DNA of 26,336 nucleotides, taken from a virus (lineage: Duplodnaviria; Caudoviricetes). The translations under genes and the position numbers were made by a program. The stretch is from positions 1 through 26,336 of the IMG/VR virus record IMGVR_UViG_3300023173_000094, one strand, 5' to 3'. The notes beneath the pieces were generated by a model. That model searched no databases, was not told the DNA's origin, and saw nothing but the letters and a program-made list of their open reading frames with translations. Of the stretch, positions 17,495 through 25,461 are shown one piece after another (within the stretch, counting starts at the first letter, position 1; every line of letters starts with the position of its first letter).

Positions 17495-17890
17495 ATGAAA
17501 ACAATAATGACACTTATGGCATTTGCATTCTGCCTATCAATGAATGCACAACAGGATAGCACTATCATTCTTGAAGTGCCTATCAACGAAGCTATTAATT
17601 CTGAGAATTTTGCCAAGTACACGAGGTCTCAGCATTCTCACTTATACGAAGATGTAGCGGAAATGAAATTCACGAGGAGAGGAAAGGCGTTCTTACTATC
17701 TGAGGCTGATACGAATGTGGTTTGGAAACCTGCCTTTGATGTGTGTTCTACTTGCTTTGAATTAAAATACAGAAAGTATTTTATAAAGTTTTGGGACAAG
17801 GAGATACCAGTCATGGATAGCTTGGGCAATGTCATTGATTACAAGTTTAAATCAGGCTTTGAGATAGTGGCAAGACCGAAGAGGAAATGA
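17495..17890 (+). CDS. Secreted hypothetical protein (131 aa)
   Basis: Sec signal MKTIMTLMAFAFCLSMNA|QQDS; internal CSTC. Confidence 0.7.
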   Translation: MKTIMTLMAFAFCLSMNAQQDSTIILEVPINEAINSENFAKYTRSQHSHLYEDVAEMKFTRRGKAFLLSEADTNVVWKPAFDVCSTCFELKYRKYFIKFWDKEIPVMDSLGNVIDYKFKSGFEIVARPKRK

Positions 17891-17963
17891 TCAGTTAGTT
17901 ACGTTTAGCGTAATTAATAGCTTTTAAGAATAGCACCTTATAAAATATAAAAAGAAATCAAAC

Positions 17964-18212
17964 ATGACAGAAGAAATAGGACTGATCTCGCTGCTTTTGA
18001 CGTTCTCAGGAGGTGCTATTGCTTATATAAAAAAGATGCACGACAGAGCGATGAAATCGGCATTTGACAGCTTTGACAATGAAAGAAAACTATATGAAGA
18101 AAGAATTGCAGAACTGCGTGATGACAAAGAAAAGGCTGAAAAGTCTTTTGATGCAATTCGGCAAGAAACAATGAATTTCATTAATTCTGTTAATTATGTG
18201 CCGAGAAAGTAA
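17964..18212 (+). CDS. Single-TM coiled-coil protein (holin/spanin-like candidate)
   Basis: Hydrophobic IGLISLLLTFSGGAIAYI followed by a charged heptad helix. Confidence 0.5.
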   Translation: MTEEIGLISLLLTFSGGAIAYIKKMHDRAMKSAFDSFDNERKLYEERIAELRDDKEKAEKSFDAIRQETMNFINSVNYVPRK

Positions 18213-18339
18213 TAAGATCAAAAGATCGTTGAGCAAGATCATAAAAACACAAAGTGCTGAATTGACAAAAAGTTCAATTGTGGCTCTTGAGAAATTGAAG
18301 CAAGTGTGTCAGGTGGAAATGCAGACACAACAAGCGTAA
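18196..18339 (+). CDS. Hypothetical protein (47 aa, not in ORF track)
   Basis: MCRESNKIKRSLSKIIKTQSAEL...QQA*; overlaps the upstream gene end and fills otherwise empty space. Confidence 0.4.
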   Translation: MCRESNKIKRSLSKIIKTQSAELTKSSIVALEKLKQVCQVEMQTQQA

Positions 18340-18415
18340 ATTTTAAATAAGTTTTACAGATCAATTTTGACAATCAGAATGATCATTCATTCAATTGTTC
18401 CCAATTAAAACAAGT

Positions 18416-18452
18416 AAGTCATTGGAAGTTGTTTTATTGATTAAGATTTTTG
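18416..18452 (+). promoter_or_regulatory. Putative phage late promoter, copy 3
   Basis: AAGTCATTG (18416-24), 20-nt spacer, GATTTTTG (18445-52); intergenic, ahead of the operon containing the capsid gene. Confidence 0.6.
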
Positions 18453-18478
18453 ACAAATAATTAAAAAAATAAATAGTT

Positions 18479-19072
18479 ATGCCCGGTGGATTTTTTGCTT
18501 ACCCAAATTTAGCTTGTCCGACAAAACCTGCTGATTGTTCGACTACAACCATCGTGGTTGCTGATTCAAACAATTGCTTGGATTCGTGGGATATAAGAAA
18601 ATCAGAAATAAAGAGAGTTTTTCTTGCTCCTTTTGATGGAACGTCAACTGCGCCAATTGATGATGCAAATATGGAAGATTTGGCAACGTGGACAGGATTG
18701 ATCAGCAATTCAGAAACAGTATCAGCGTTCATTCGTGAGTTGTATGTTGTGGGTGATGTGCCTGTTCCTGAAAAAAATACTTTTGAATATAAGGGTCAGT
18801 CTATTATACAGACCAAGACATATACTGTCAATTTTGATTTGATAGATGTTAATGAAACAAACTACACACTATCAAGAGATTTTGACAACAACAAGCAATG
18901 CTGGTTGGCGTATGAGACTGATGGTGGTTCACTTTTTGGATGGTTGCATTGCAAAATTGATTCTGATCTTGAGTTGACAAGAGGTACAGAATCAGTTGAG
19001 ACGATCAAGTTTATTGCAACGACTGTTCAGACTTGTAAGCCTCCAAGATACGATTCACCATTCACATCATAA
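18479..19072 (+). CDS. Putative tail-tube-like structural protein (197 aa)
   Basis: Size, acidic beta-rich composition, Cys-rich N-terminus; first gene of a late operon. Inference only. Confidence 0.45.
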   Translation: MPGGFFAYPNLACPTKPADCSTTTIVVADSNNCLDSWDIRKSEIKRVFLAPFDGTSTAPIDDANMEDLATWTGLISNSETVSAFIRELYVVGDVPVPEKNTFEYKGQSIIQTKTYTVNFDLIDVNETNYTLSRDFDNNKQCWLAYETDGGSLFGWLHCKIDSDLELTRGTESVETIKFIATTVQTCKPPRYDSPFTS

Positions 19073-19082
19073 AAAGTAATCT

Positions 19083-19304
19083 ATGGCAAGGTATAAGAAT
19101 TTATTGACAGGAAAGGTAAGGGAATTGACTGCTGAACAATACAAGCGGTTGTTCCCTCTTTTGCATAATGGCAAAGTCTACGACAAAGCGGGATGGATAG
19201 AGATAAATGATGAGCCAAAGAAGAAAGAAAGCATTGAAATAATTGCGAACTCACAAAAGGAAGAAAAGCCTAAAGTGACAAGAAGCAGAAGAAAAAAAGA
19301 TTGA
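19083..19304 (+). CDS. Hypothetical protein with basic C-terminus (73 aa)
   Basis: Clean ORF ending KPKVTRSRRKKD. Confidence 0.7.
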   Translation: MARYKNLLTGKVRELTAEQYKRLFPLLHNGKVYDKAGWIEINDEPKKKESIEIIANSQKEEKPKVTRSRRKKD

Positions 19305-19306
19305 TC

Positions 19307-19504
19307 ATGGTTCTATTGATAAACAACAAAACGCTGAAAGAATATCCAATTTACGCTGTTGAAAAGAATGGTGTAAAGAGGAGTGCAGAAGAAGAAGCAA
19401 AGCGTATAATGATGCAATATCCGACTGTTTTCACGTTAAAAAAAGTGACAAACAAGAAGGCAAAAGACATCATTGAAGATGCAAAGGCATCTGAGGAAAA
19501 GTAA
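19307..19504 (+). CDS. Hypothetical protein (65 aa)
   Basis: ATG at 19307 (ORF track uses TTG 19301). Confidence 0.65.
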   Translation: MVLLINNKTLKEYPIYAVEKNGVKRSAEEEAKRIMMQYPTVFTLKKVTNKKAKDIIEDAKASEEK

Positions 19505-19520
19505 CAAAACACTTTAAAAT

Positions 19521-20477
19521 ATGGATAAGGCATTTTTGCCTCTATCGGAGGAGGTATTGGCTGCGACCTTCAATTTAAGCAGCGAGGAGTTCTCAACTTT
19601 TTTTGAGGAAAAAGATGGTGAAAAGTCACCAATAGATGAGCAGAAAATTCGATCTAAATTATTGAGCAAGATCGGTGAACGCATTGATGGTGTTGTTTCT
19701 GAGAAATCTTCATCAATTGAAAAGGAGGCTGAACAAAAGTGGAAGCGTTTGGCATTCAAAGAAATTGAAGATAGAGCGAAAGAAGAACTTGGAATTGATA
19801 TGCGATGGTCAGATCATGGACTGTCAAAGATCAAAGATAGTTTAACAAAGCAACAGAAGAAGTCAGAAGTTGTCGATGTAGCAAAGACTGAAGAGTTTCA
19901 AGCTATGGTCAAAAGCTACGAAGATAAAATAACAGAACTATCAAGCAATCATCAACAGGAGTTGGCTAATTATAAGAAGGAAACTGTGACAAGGTCATTA
20001 TCGGCTGAGTTGTTTTCTTTCTTTAAGGGCAAAGAAAATGAACTTGCTATTCCACCGAATGATGAAGTATTGAAAAAACAGATAAACATAATGATTGAGC
20101 GAGATTTGTTCAATGATCAGATGTCTGTTGATTATGTCGATGGTGTGCCTGTTATAATTGACAAAGATGGCAAACCTGCCATTGACAAGTCGAATGGGTA
20201 TAATCCATATGATTTCAATAATTACATTACATCGGTGGCAAAGGAAGGTTATTTTCCAGAACTCCAAACGCCAAAGATTTCATCTCCTAATCCTGCACAG
20301 GGAAAAGTCAAGGTGGAACTTGGAAGCGATAAATCGTTCAATATTCCAAAGTTTAAAGATTTTGAAGAATTGGGTCAATTTACTCAGAGCGTACAGTCAA
20401 ATAAAAACTATACAGCTGCTGAACAATCTGCCATCATCAATGAGGCAAACAAGCAAATTGAAAGCCTCGCAGTTTAA
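19521..20477 (+). CDS. Putative capsid scaffolding protein
   Basis: Highly charged K/E coiled-coil protein immediately upstream of the capsid gene. Confidence 0.68.
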   Translation: MDKAFLPLSEEVLAATFNLSSEEFSTFFEEKDGEKSPIDEQKIRSKLLSKIGERIDGVVSEKSSSIEKEAEQKWKRLAFKEIEDRAKEELGIDMRWSDHGLSKIKDSLTKQQKKSEVVDVAKTEEFQAMVKSYEDKITELSSNHQQELANYKKETVTRSLSAELFSFFKGKENELAIPPNDEVLKKQINIMIERDLFNDQMSVDYVDGVPVIIDKDGKPAIDKSNGYNPYDFNNYITSVAKEGYFPELQTPKISSPNPAQGKVKVELGSDKSFNIPKFKDFEELGQFTQSVQSNKNYTAAEQSAIINEANKQIESLAV

Positions 20478-20507
20478 ATTGATTACTAATTTTTTAAATA
20501 GATAGAT

Positions 20508-21590
20508 ATGGCTTATAGCGCAGGTGTTTTCACACCAACTGCTCTTCAAAAAGCAAGAGCAAAGGCATCGGAGATGTGGGCATCTGATGTCTGGAATAAA
20601 CAATGGAAACGACCAACAGGTGTTTTCAATTTCCTAACCAACAGACAAGCTGTTCGTGTCCGAAACACAGGAGTTCAGACACTTATTAATGGCAGATACT
20701 GTAATCAGCATGAAGTATGGTTTTTGAATGATGTCAATGATACATCTTCTGAAACTTATTCTGGAGATTCAGCAGATTGCACATTCACAGGAGCAGAACT
20801 GGGTTCTGATGCAAAGACTTATACAAGTTCTGATCTTGGTATTTTCAGAAGAACAGTAAATTCTGTCAAGTGTGTTCGTGAAGATGATTTTGATCTTCTC
20901 AGAGCGACAGCGATGATGAATATCAAGATGGACTTGGAAATGGAACTTGAAAAAGACCTTTTGACATTCATTACAGCGAATACAAAAGGAACTTTGACAG
21001 GTTTCTCTCCAACAACAGGAACATGGGATGAGACTAATGACAAGTGGGTAATCACCCCAGCACAAGCAACAGCAGAGTTCATCGCAGAGATTAAAAGAGA
21101 AGCGATCAAGTTCAGAATGATTGATCCTGTTCTCGTTTGCGGTAATGCTTATTTCTTAGAAAGAATGAAAGCTGATGCAGAGCCGGGTTCTGGATATCAG
21201 AACTACAATGCGTTGTTGACTGATCCGAATCTTCCGATAGTTCATAATATTGTTGATCTTGATACGATCTCAGGTGGAACGAAAATGTATCTTGTTGATG
21301 CTGCTTCGATTGGATTTATTCCAAGTCAGGAGAATCAAAATACATCGCCATTGAGCAATGTTGCTGATCTTTTCTTCTGGTACGAAGGTTCAATGAACTT
21401 GACATATAGTGATGGAGGTCAGATATTGCCTGTTCCTTTTGATTGGAGAATGAGAAAGGCTTGTACTGGTGCAAGTTCTTCTGCATTCGCTGAACATTAC
21501 GAAGGAAAGGCAGCAGGTGTTTTTGCTGAAGCACCACAACCAGAACAGACAATTTATCCGAACATTGTTGAGATTTCAATCGAAGCATAA
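20508..21590 (+). CDS. Putative major capsid protein
   Basis: 360 aa; follows the scaffold; long helix (MMNIKMDLEMELEKDLLTFI) and is followed by a strong terminator, the usual HK97-fold MCP context. Confidence 0.72.
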   Translation: MAYSAGVFTPTALQKARAKASEMWASDVWNKQWKRPTGVFNFLTNRQAVRVRNTGVQTLINGRYCNQHEVWFLNDVNDTSSETYSGDSADCTFTGAELGSDAKTYTSSDLGIFRRTVNSVKCVREDDFDLLRATAMMNIKMDLEMELEKDLLTFITANTKGTLTGFSPTTGTWDETNDKWVITPAQATAEFIAEIKREAIKFRMIDPVLVCGNAYFLERMKADAEPGSGYQNYNALLTDPNLPIVHNIVDLDTISGGTKMYLVDAASIGFIPSQENQNTSPLSNVADLFFWYEGSMNLTYSDGGQILPVPFDWRMRKACTGASSSAFAEHYEGKAAGVFAEAPQPEQTIYPNIVEISIEA

Positions 21591-21622
21591 TCAATAAAGT
21601 GTTGTCATAGAAGTGATGGTCG

Positions 21623-21655
21623 AGGAGATTGGTCTGGTGATCAGTCTCCTTTTTT
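21623..21655 (+). terminator. Rho-independent terminator
   Basis: AGGAGATTGGTC-TGGT-GATCAGTCTCCT 12-bp stem (2 G-U) followed by a T run. Confidence 0.85.
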
Positions 21656-21667
21656 AATTTATAGAAT

Positions 21668-22738
21668 ATGGATTGTTTAAAATATGTCATTGGTTTAAGT
21701 CAGGCTGACTGCAATTGTCTTGAAGATGTAACAGCAAAGCCTGTTGATTTTGCTACAATTAATCAATCATATAGTGGCTATTATGTTGACAATGATGAGT
21801 GGTCAATTCCATTGAATGATGACATCTTTGTTGACTGTCGTGGGTCTGGTATATGGCAAACTTTGGCTGATGCTCGTGATGAGGCAATCATTGACCTGAA
21901 TGCTCATTTGCTGACTGATATTTCAAAGTATCAAACGCCAAGATATGGAAATGTAAGAGCTACAATTGGTGAGCATCAAAAGTACAGAAGCAACATCAAC
22001 GGATTGACAAGAGATTATCTTGGCTTGAGAATAAGACCTTACCATCCAAGAGGTAATGTGTTGACTATTCGTTCAATAGGTCTTGCCATTGCTGAAGCTG
22101 GAACATATACCATTCAATTGGTGAATGAAGATGGAACTGTTCTTGAAAGCACTACTGTTTCTGGTGGAAGTAATACTATTACAAGTCAAAGTGTTACTTG
22201 GAAGTATAGGTTCACAAAGAATGAAACACTATATTTGCTTTATGACAGACAAGATGGTTTCCCTATCAATTCACAGCTTTATTGTCCATCATGCTCTGGA
22301 CACAGACCTTCATACACGCAACAAGTAGAGATCAAAGGAGTGACAACAAATGGCATAACAAATGATGACTTAGTTCGTGGCAGTACGAATGCTTATTCAT
22401 ATGGTTTGTTTGTTGATTTTACATATCAATGTGATTACCTTGAATGGCTTTGTGATATGTATGATGACTATTGGACATCAACATCATTTGGTCGATTATA
22501 TGCGAAGTTATATCAACTGTATGCTTCAATGAAATTCAACAATAAGATTATTAATAGCAATCGCATAAATTATTATACACTTGTGAAAGGTGATGATTTG
22601 ATTGCTAAGAATAACGAAATAATGGAGATTTTGAATGAGACAATGCCAGAGTTGGCTTCGCAGTTGCCGAATGACTTTGTTGATTGTTTCAGTTGTAGAA
22701 ATAGGCACAATATTCAGACAAGAACTTTAATAGTATAA
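21668..22738 (+). CDS. Putative Cys-rich virion protein (head-tail connector candidate)
   Basis: 356 aa, 10 Cys including CNC, CPSC and CFSC; directly after the capsid gene. Confidence 0.5.
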   Translation: MDCLKYVIGLSQADCNCLEDVTAKPVDFATINQSYSGYYVDNDEWSIPLNDDIFVDCRGSGIWQTLADARDEAIIDLNAHLLTDISKYQTPRYGNVRATIGEHQKYRSNINGLTRDYLGLRIRPYHPRGNVLTIRSIGLAIAEAGTYTIQLVNEDGTVLESTTVSGGSNTITSQSVTWKYRFTKNETLYLLYDRQDGFPINSQLYCPSCSGHRPSYTQQVEIKGVTTNGITNDDLVRGSTNAYSYGLFVDFTYQCDYLEWLCDMYDDYWTSTSFGRLYAKLYQLYASMKFNNKIINSNRINYYTLVKGDDLIAKNNEIMEILNETMPELASQLPNDFVDCFSCRNRHNIQTRTLIV

Positions 22739-22748
22739 TCAAGAAAAT

Positions 22749-23042
22749 ATGAAACGAGAAATTGTAGATTCTTTCATCAGGGCAGCCATTCAGATACTTT
22801 CGGCTGCTGCTGTATTTCTTCACTTGCCAATTATTGAAAAACTTTTGGCTGCTTTCAATTTGGCATCTCAAAACATGAATGAAGTGTATAATGCGATCAC
22901 AGTCATAATAGCGACAGCAATTGGTGTATATTCCATATTTGTTGAACCAAGCAAGGTATTGACAGAAAGTGGAACTAATAAGATAAACGCTCTGAAGCCT
23001 TCTCTTGACCGATTTAAGGCACGAGAAGAAGCAAAAAAGTAA
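22749..23042 (+). CDS. Putative holin
   Basis: Two hydrophobic segments, basic C-terminus, immediately upstream of the endolysin. Confidence 0.65.
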   Translation: MKREIVDSFIRAAIQILSAAAVFLHLPIIEKLLAAFNLASQNMNEVYNAITVIIATAIGVYSIFVEPSKVLTESGTNKINALKPSLDRFKAREEAKK

Positions 23043-23053
23043 TATGGGTCAGC

Positions 23054-23575
23054 ATGACATTTGACAAAGCTGTTGACCATATAATGACTCTTGAAGGAGG
23101 CTATGTTGACCATGCTGTTGATAAAGGTGGAAGAACGAAGTATGGCATTACTGAAGCGAGATATCCAGATGAGGACATCGAGGGATTGACAAAAGATAGA
23201 GCAAAGATGCTTTATCTTGAAGATTTTTGGTTGAAGTATTCTATCAATGATCTTCCTGATCTTTATCGTTTATTAATCATGGATATGTATGTCAATCATT
23301 CTCCAAGAGGTGTTGCATTGATTGTGCAGCGTTCTATAAATTCAAAGGCTGGTCGTGATGTACTTTCTGTTGATGGCATCTTTGGTGAAAAGACGAAACG
23401 AGCGTTGATGTCATATAGACCTGAGTTGTTTCGCATCATGGCTTTCAGAGTGGACTATTATCACAGGATCATCAAAAACGATCCATCTCAAAAAGTCTTT
23501 TATGTTGGATGGATCAATCGTTGTTTAAAATTATATGCAGAAATCTATGAACTTGACGAGACAAGACTTAGTTGA
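23054..23575 (+). CDS. Endolysin, glycoside hydrolase family 108 with peptidoglycan-binding C-terminus
   Basis: EGGYVDH..D.GG.TKYGI catalytic motif, VDGIFG.KT, F..GWINR. Confidence 0.92.
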   Translation: MTFDKAVDHIMTLEGGYVDHAVDKGGRTKYGITEARYPDEDIEGLTKDRAKMLYLEDFWLKYSINDLPDLYRLLIMDMYVNHSPRGVALIVQRSINSKAGRDVLSVDGIFGEKTKRALMSYRPELFRIMAFRVDYYHRIIKNDPSQKVFYVGWINRCLKLYAEIYELDETRLS

Positions 23576-23894
23576 CACGCTTTACATAATAGATCACAGA
23601 AAGAACTCAAATAAAATACAGACTTGTAATTTTATTGACATCGTGACTATTATTCTGACCTTTTCTTTAAAGGAATTTTTTATTGATCAAAAACTTGTGC
23701 TTCCCAAATTCTGGAATCTTTTCAAGTGGTTCAGAATTGCTAAATTCTTTATTGATGCAATCAAGCTGATCGTTTTTTGTGTAAAAGGCAAGAAGGTCAC
23801 GATCAATGAATTGAGTGATCCTTTCCGGGATGCTTTAAATCAAAGAGAATTTGAACAATCTGGCACAATTGACAGACTTAAAATCCATCATTAA
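23547..23894 (+). CDS. Hypothetical protein, partly hydrophobic/amphipathic
   Basis: Overlaps the endolysin end (start 23547 or 23535); TAATG coupling to the next gene. Confidence 0.6.
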   Translation: MNLTRQDLVDTLYIIDHRKNSNKIQTCNFIDIVTIILTFSLKEFFIDQKLVLPKFWNLFKWFRIAKFFIDAIKLIVFCVKGKKVTINELSDPFRDALNQREFEQSGTIDRLKIHH

Positions 23895-24538
23895 TGAAAG
23901 TTCTTGTAATCGGAGACCTTCACGAGCCATTCTGTCTTGAAGGGTATCTTTCGTTTTGTAAGAAGATGTACAAAAAGCATAAATGCAACAAAGTAGTGTT
24001 TATAGGAGACATCATTGACTCACATTATTCATCTTATCACGAAACTGATCCAGACGGAATGTCGGCAGGTGATGAATTGACACTTGCAAAGAAGAAGATA
24101 AAAAAGTGGTACAAGACATTTCCAAAAGCTGATGTAGTCATTGGCAATCACGACAGAATAGTGATGCGCAAAGCATTTTCTGGTGGTATTCCCAAGATAT
24201 GGATCAAAGATTTTACTGATGTTTTAGAAGTGGCATCGTGGAACTTTGTTGACAGAGTTGTTTATGATGATGTTCAGTATCTTCATGGCGAGGGTGGAAC
24301 TGCGAGAACGAAATGCAAGGCAGACATGATGTCAACAGTTCAAGGTCATCTGCACACTCAATGTTACACAGAATGGTATGTAGGCGCAAAGTTTAAAGTC
24401 TTTGGTTGTCAAGTAGGCTGTGGCATTGATCATGACTCTTATGCAATGGCATATGCAAAGCGTGGCAAAAAACCTGCCATCGGTTGTGCTGTAATTATAG
24501 ATGGAAAGACTTGCATCAATGAATTGATGTGTTTGTAA
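23894..24538 (+). CDS. Calcineurin-like metallophosphoesterase
   Basis: GDLH, GDIID, GNHD, HG and GHLH motifs all present. Confidence 0.92.
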   Translation: MKVLVIGDLHEPFCLEGYLSFCKKMYKKHKCNKVVFIGDIIDSHYSSYHETDPDGMSAGDELTLAKKKIKKWYKTFPKADVVIGNHDRIVMRKAFSGGIPKIWIKDFTDVLEVASWNFVDRVVYDDVQYLHGEGGTARTKCKADMMSTVQGHLHTQCYTEWYVGAKFKVFGCQVGCGIDHDSYAMAYAKRGKKPAIGCAVIIDGKTCINELMCL

Positions 24539-24563
24539 ATATCAATTTTGCTATCTTAGAACC

Positions 24564-24598
24564 AGAGGTGAGATCGGTTGATCTTGCCTCTTTTTTTT
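24564..24598 (+). terminator. Rho-independent terminator ending the late region
   Basis: AGAGGTGAGATC-GGTT-GATCTTGCCTCT stem followed by a T run, at the point where the two strands' operons converge. Confidence 0.85.
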
Positions 24599-24791
24599 AT
24601 GTCTGATTGTATTTTTGCAATGTTTTCAGCAATAAATCTTCAGAGACCATGCCTTCAAATTTCATGCCTTGTCGATTTTTACAAGAGCAAATCCAACTCT
24701 GAATCGAGTTGTTGTGCTTCTTTGCTTCGTGTTTTCTTTTGACTTTATAAGTTATTGTTGGTGTTTTGATAGTCATTTTTTCTGTTATCAT
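24597..24791 (-). CDS. Hypothetical protein (64 aa)
   Basis: ATG one base after the NinG-like stop. Confidence 0.6.
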   Translation of the reverse strand: MITEKMTIKTPTITYKVKRKHEAKKHNNSIQSWICSCKNRQGMKFEGMVSEDLLLKTLQKYNQT

Positions 24792-24792
24792 G

Positions 24793-25413
24793 TCAATCTT
24801 CTTTGTATATGTTCAAATAATCGTTGATATAATCTCTTGTCATTTCTTCTCCATCATTTAATCTGTTCAGTATCTCGTTTGCTCTTTTGAGGGCAGCCAT
24901 TTTCTCTGGCTTTGTCAGTTTCAGAACAGGATAATCTCTGCGCAGTTGTTCTAATTCTTCACGCTTCTCTTTGCCATAGCGCAGTTCTATTCCTTCGATC
25001 ATCAGTTGATCATCGGTCTGTGATCTGTTTGAGTAGCTGCCTTGTTTGTGTATATTCCAAAGATTATAGCGAAGAGCAGGACATCTGCCTACACCATAAA
25101 CGTGACCAGCTTCAAATCTGCTGTTCTCATCAAATGGTTTTGCAAGGCAAGGCTGATCTTTGTCAAGCAATACAGCTATTTTATTTATTTTTTTCTGGAG
25201 TTGATCTTGCGACTGTTTCGGTTTTATGCCGAGTTCTTTTTTGTACTGTTCTTTTTTCTTCTTCCAAGCCTTCTTTTTTTCCTTTTCCAATACTTGTTTG
25301 ATGTAAATGTCTTGACATTTTTCGCTGCACCATTTTATGAAGTGCTGTGCTTTCATGAATCGTTCATAATAATCACCACAGACTCTACACTTGTATTTTT
25401 TCTTTTTGTCCAT
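24793..25413 (-). CDS. NinG/Rap-like recombination endonuclease
   Basis: N-terminal CRVC...CSEKC, K-rich helix, LD..QPC, AGH, LRY...NIHKQ...N. Confidence 0.8.
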   Translation of the reverse strand: MDKKKKYKCRVCGDYYERFMKAQHFIKWCSEKCQDIYIKQVLEKEKKKAWKKKKEQYKKELGIKPKQSQDQLQKKINKIAVLLDKDQPCLAKPFDENSRFEAGHVYGVGRCPALRYNLWNIHKQGSYSNRSQTDDQLMIEGIELRYGKEKREELEQLRRDYPVLKLTKPEKMAALKRANEILNRLNDGEEMTRDYINDYLNIYKED

Positions 25414-25416
25414 AGT

Positions 25417-25449
25417 AAAAAAGAAGAGCCAGATCGTGCTGACTCTTCT
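25417..25449 (-). terminator. Rho-independent terminator after ssb
   Basis: Minus strand AGAAGAGTCAG-CACGAT-CTGGCTCTTCT followed by a T run. Confidence 0.75.
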
Positions 25450-25461
25450 GCTTTGGTTGGT

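Noticed and set aside
18360-18388. 12-bp palindrome GAATGATCATTC and ATCAATTTTG (also at 24541)
   Set aside because: Single palindrome copy and an AT-rich 10-mer that also occurs in coding DNA; not distinguishable from chance.
953-23113. Numerous minus-strand and alternate-frame ORFs in the track
   Set aside because: They are shadows of well-supported + strand genes and carry no recognisable motifs.
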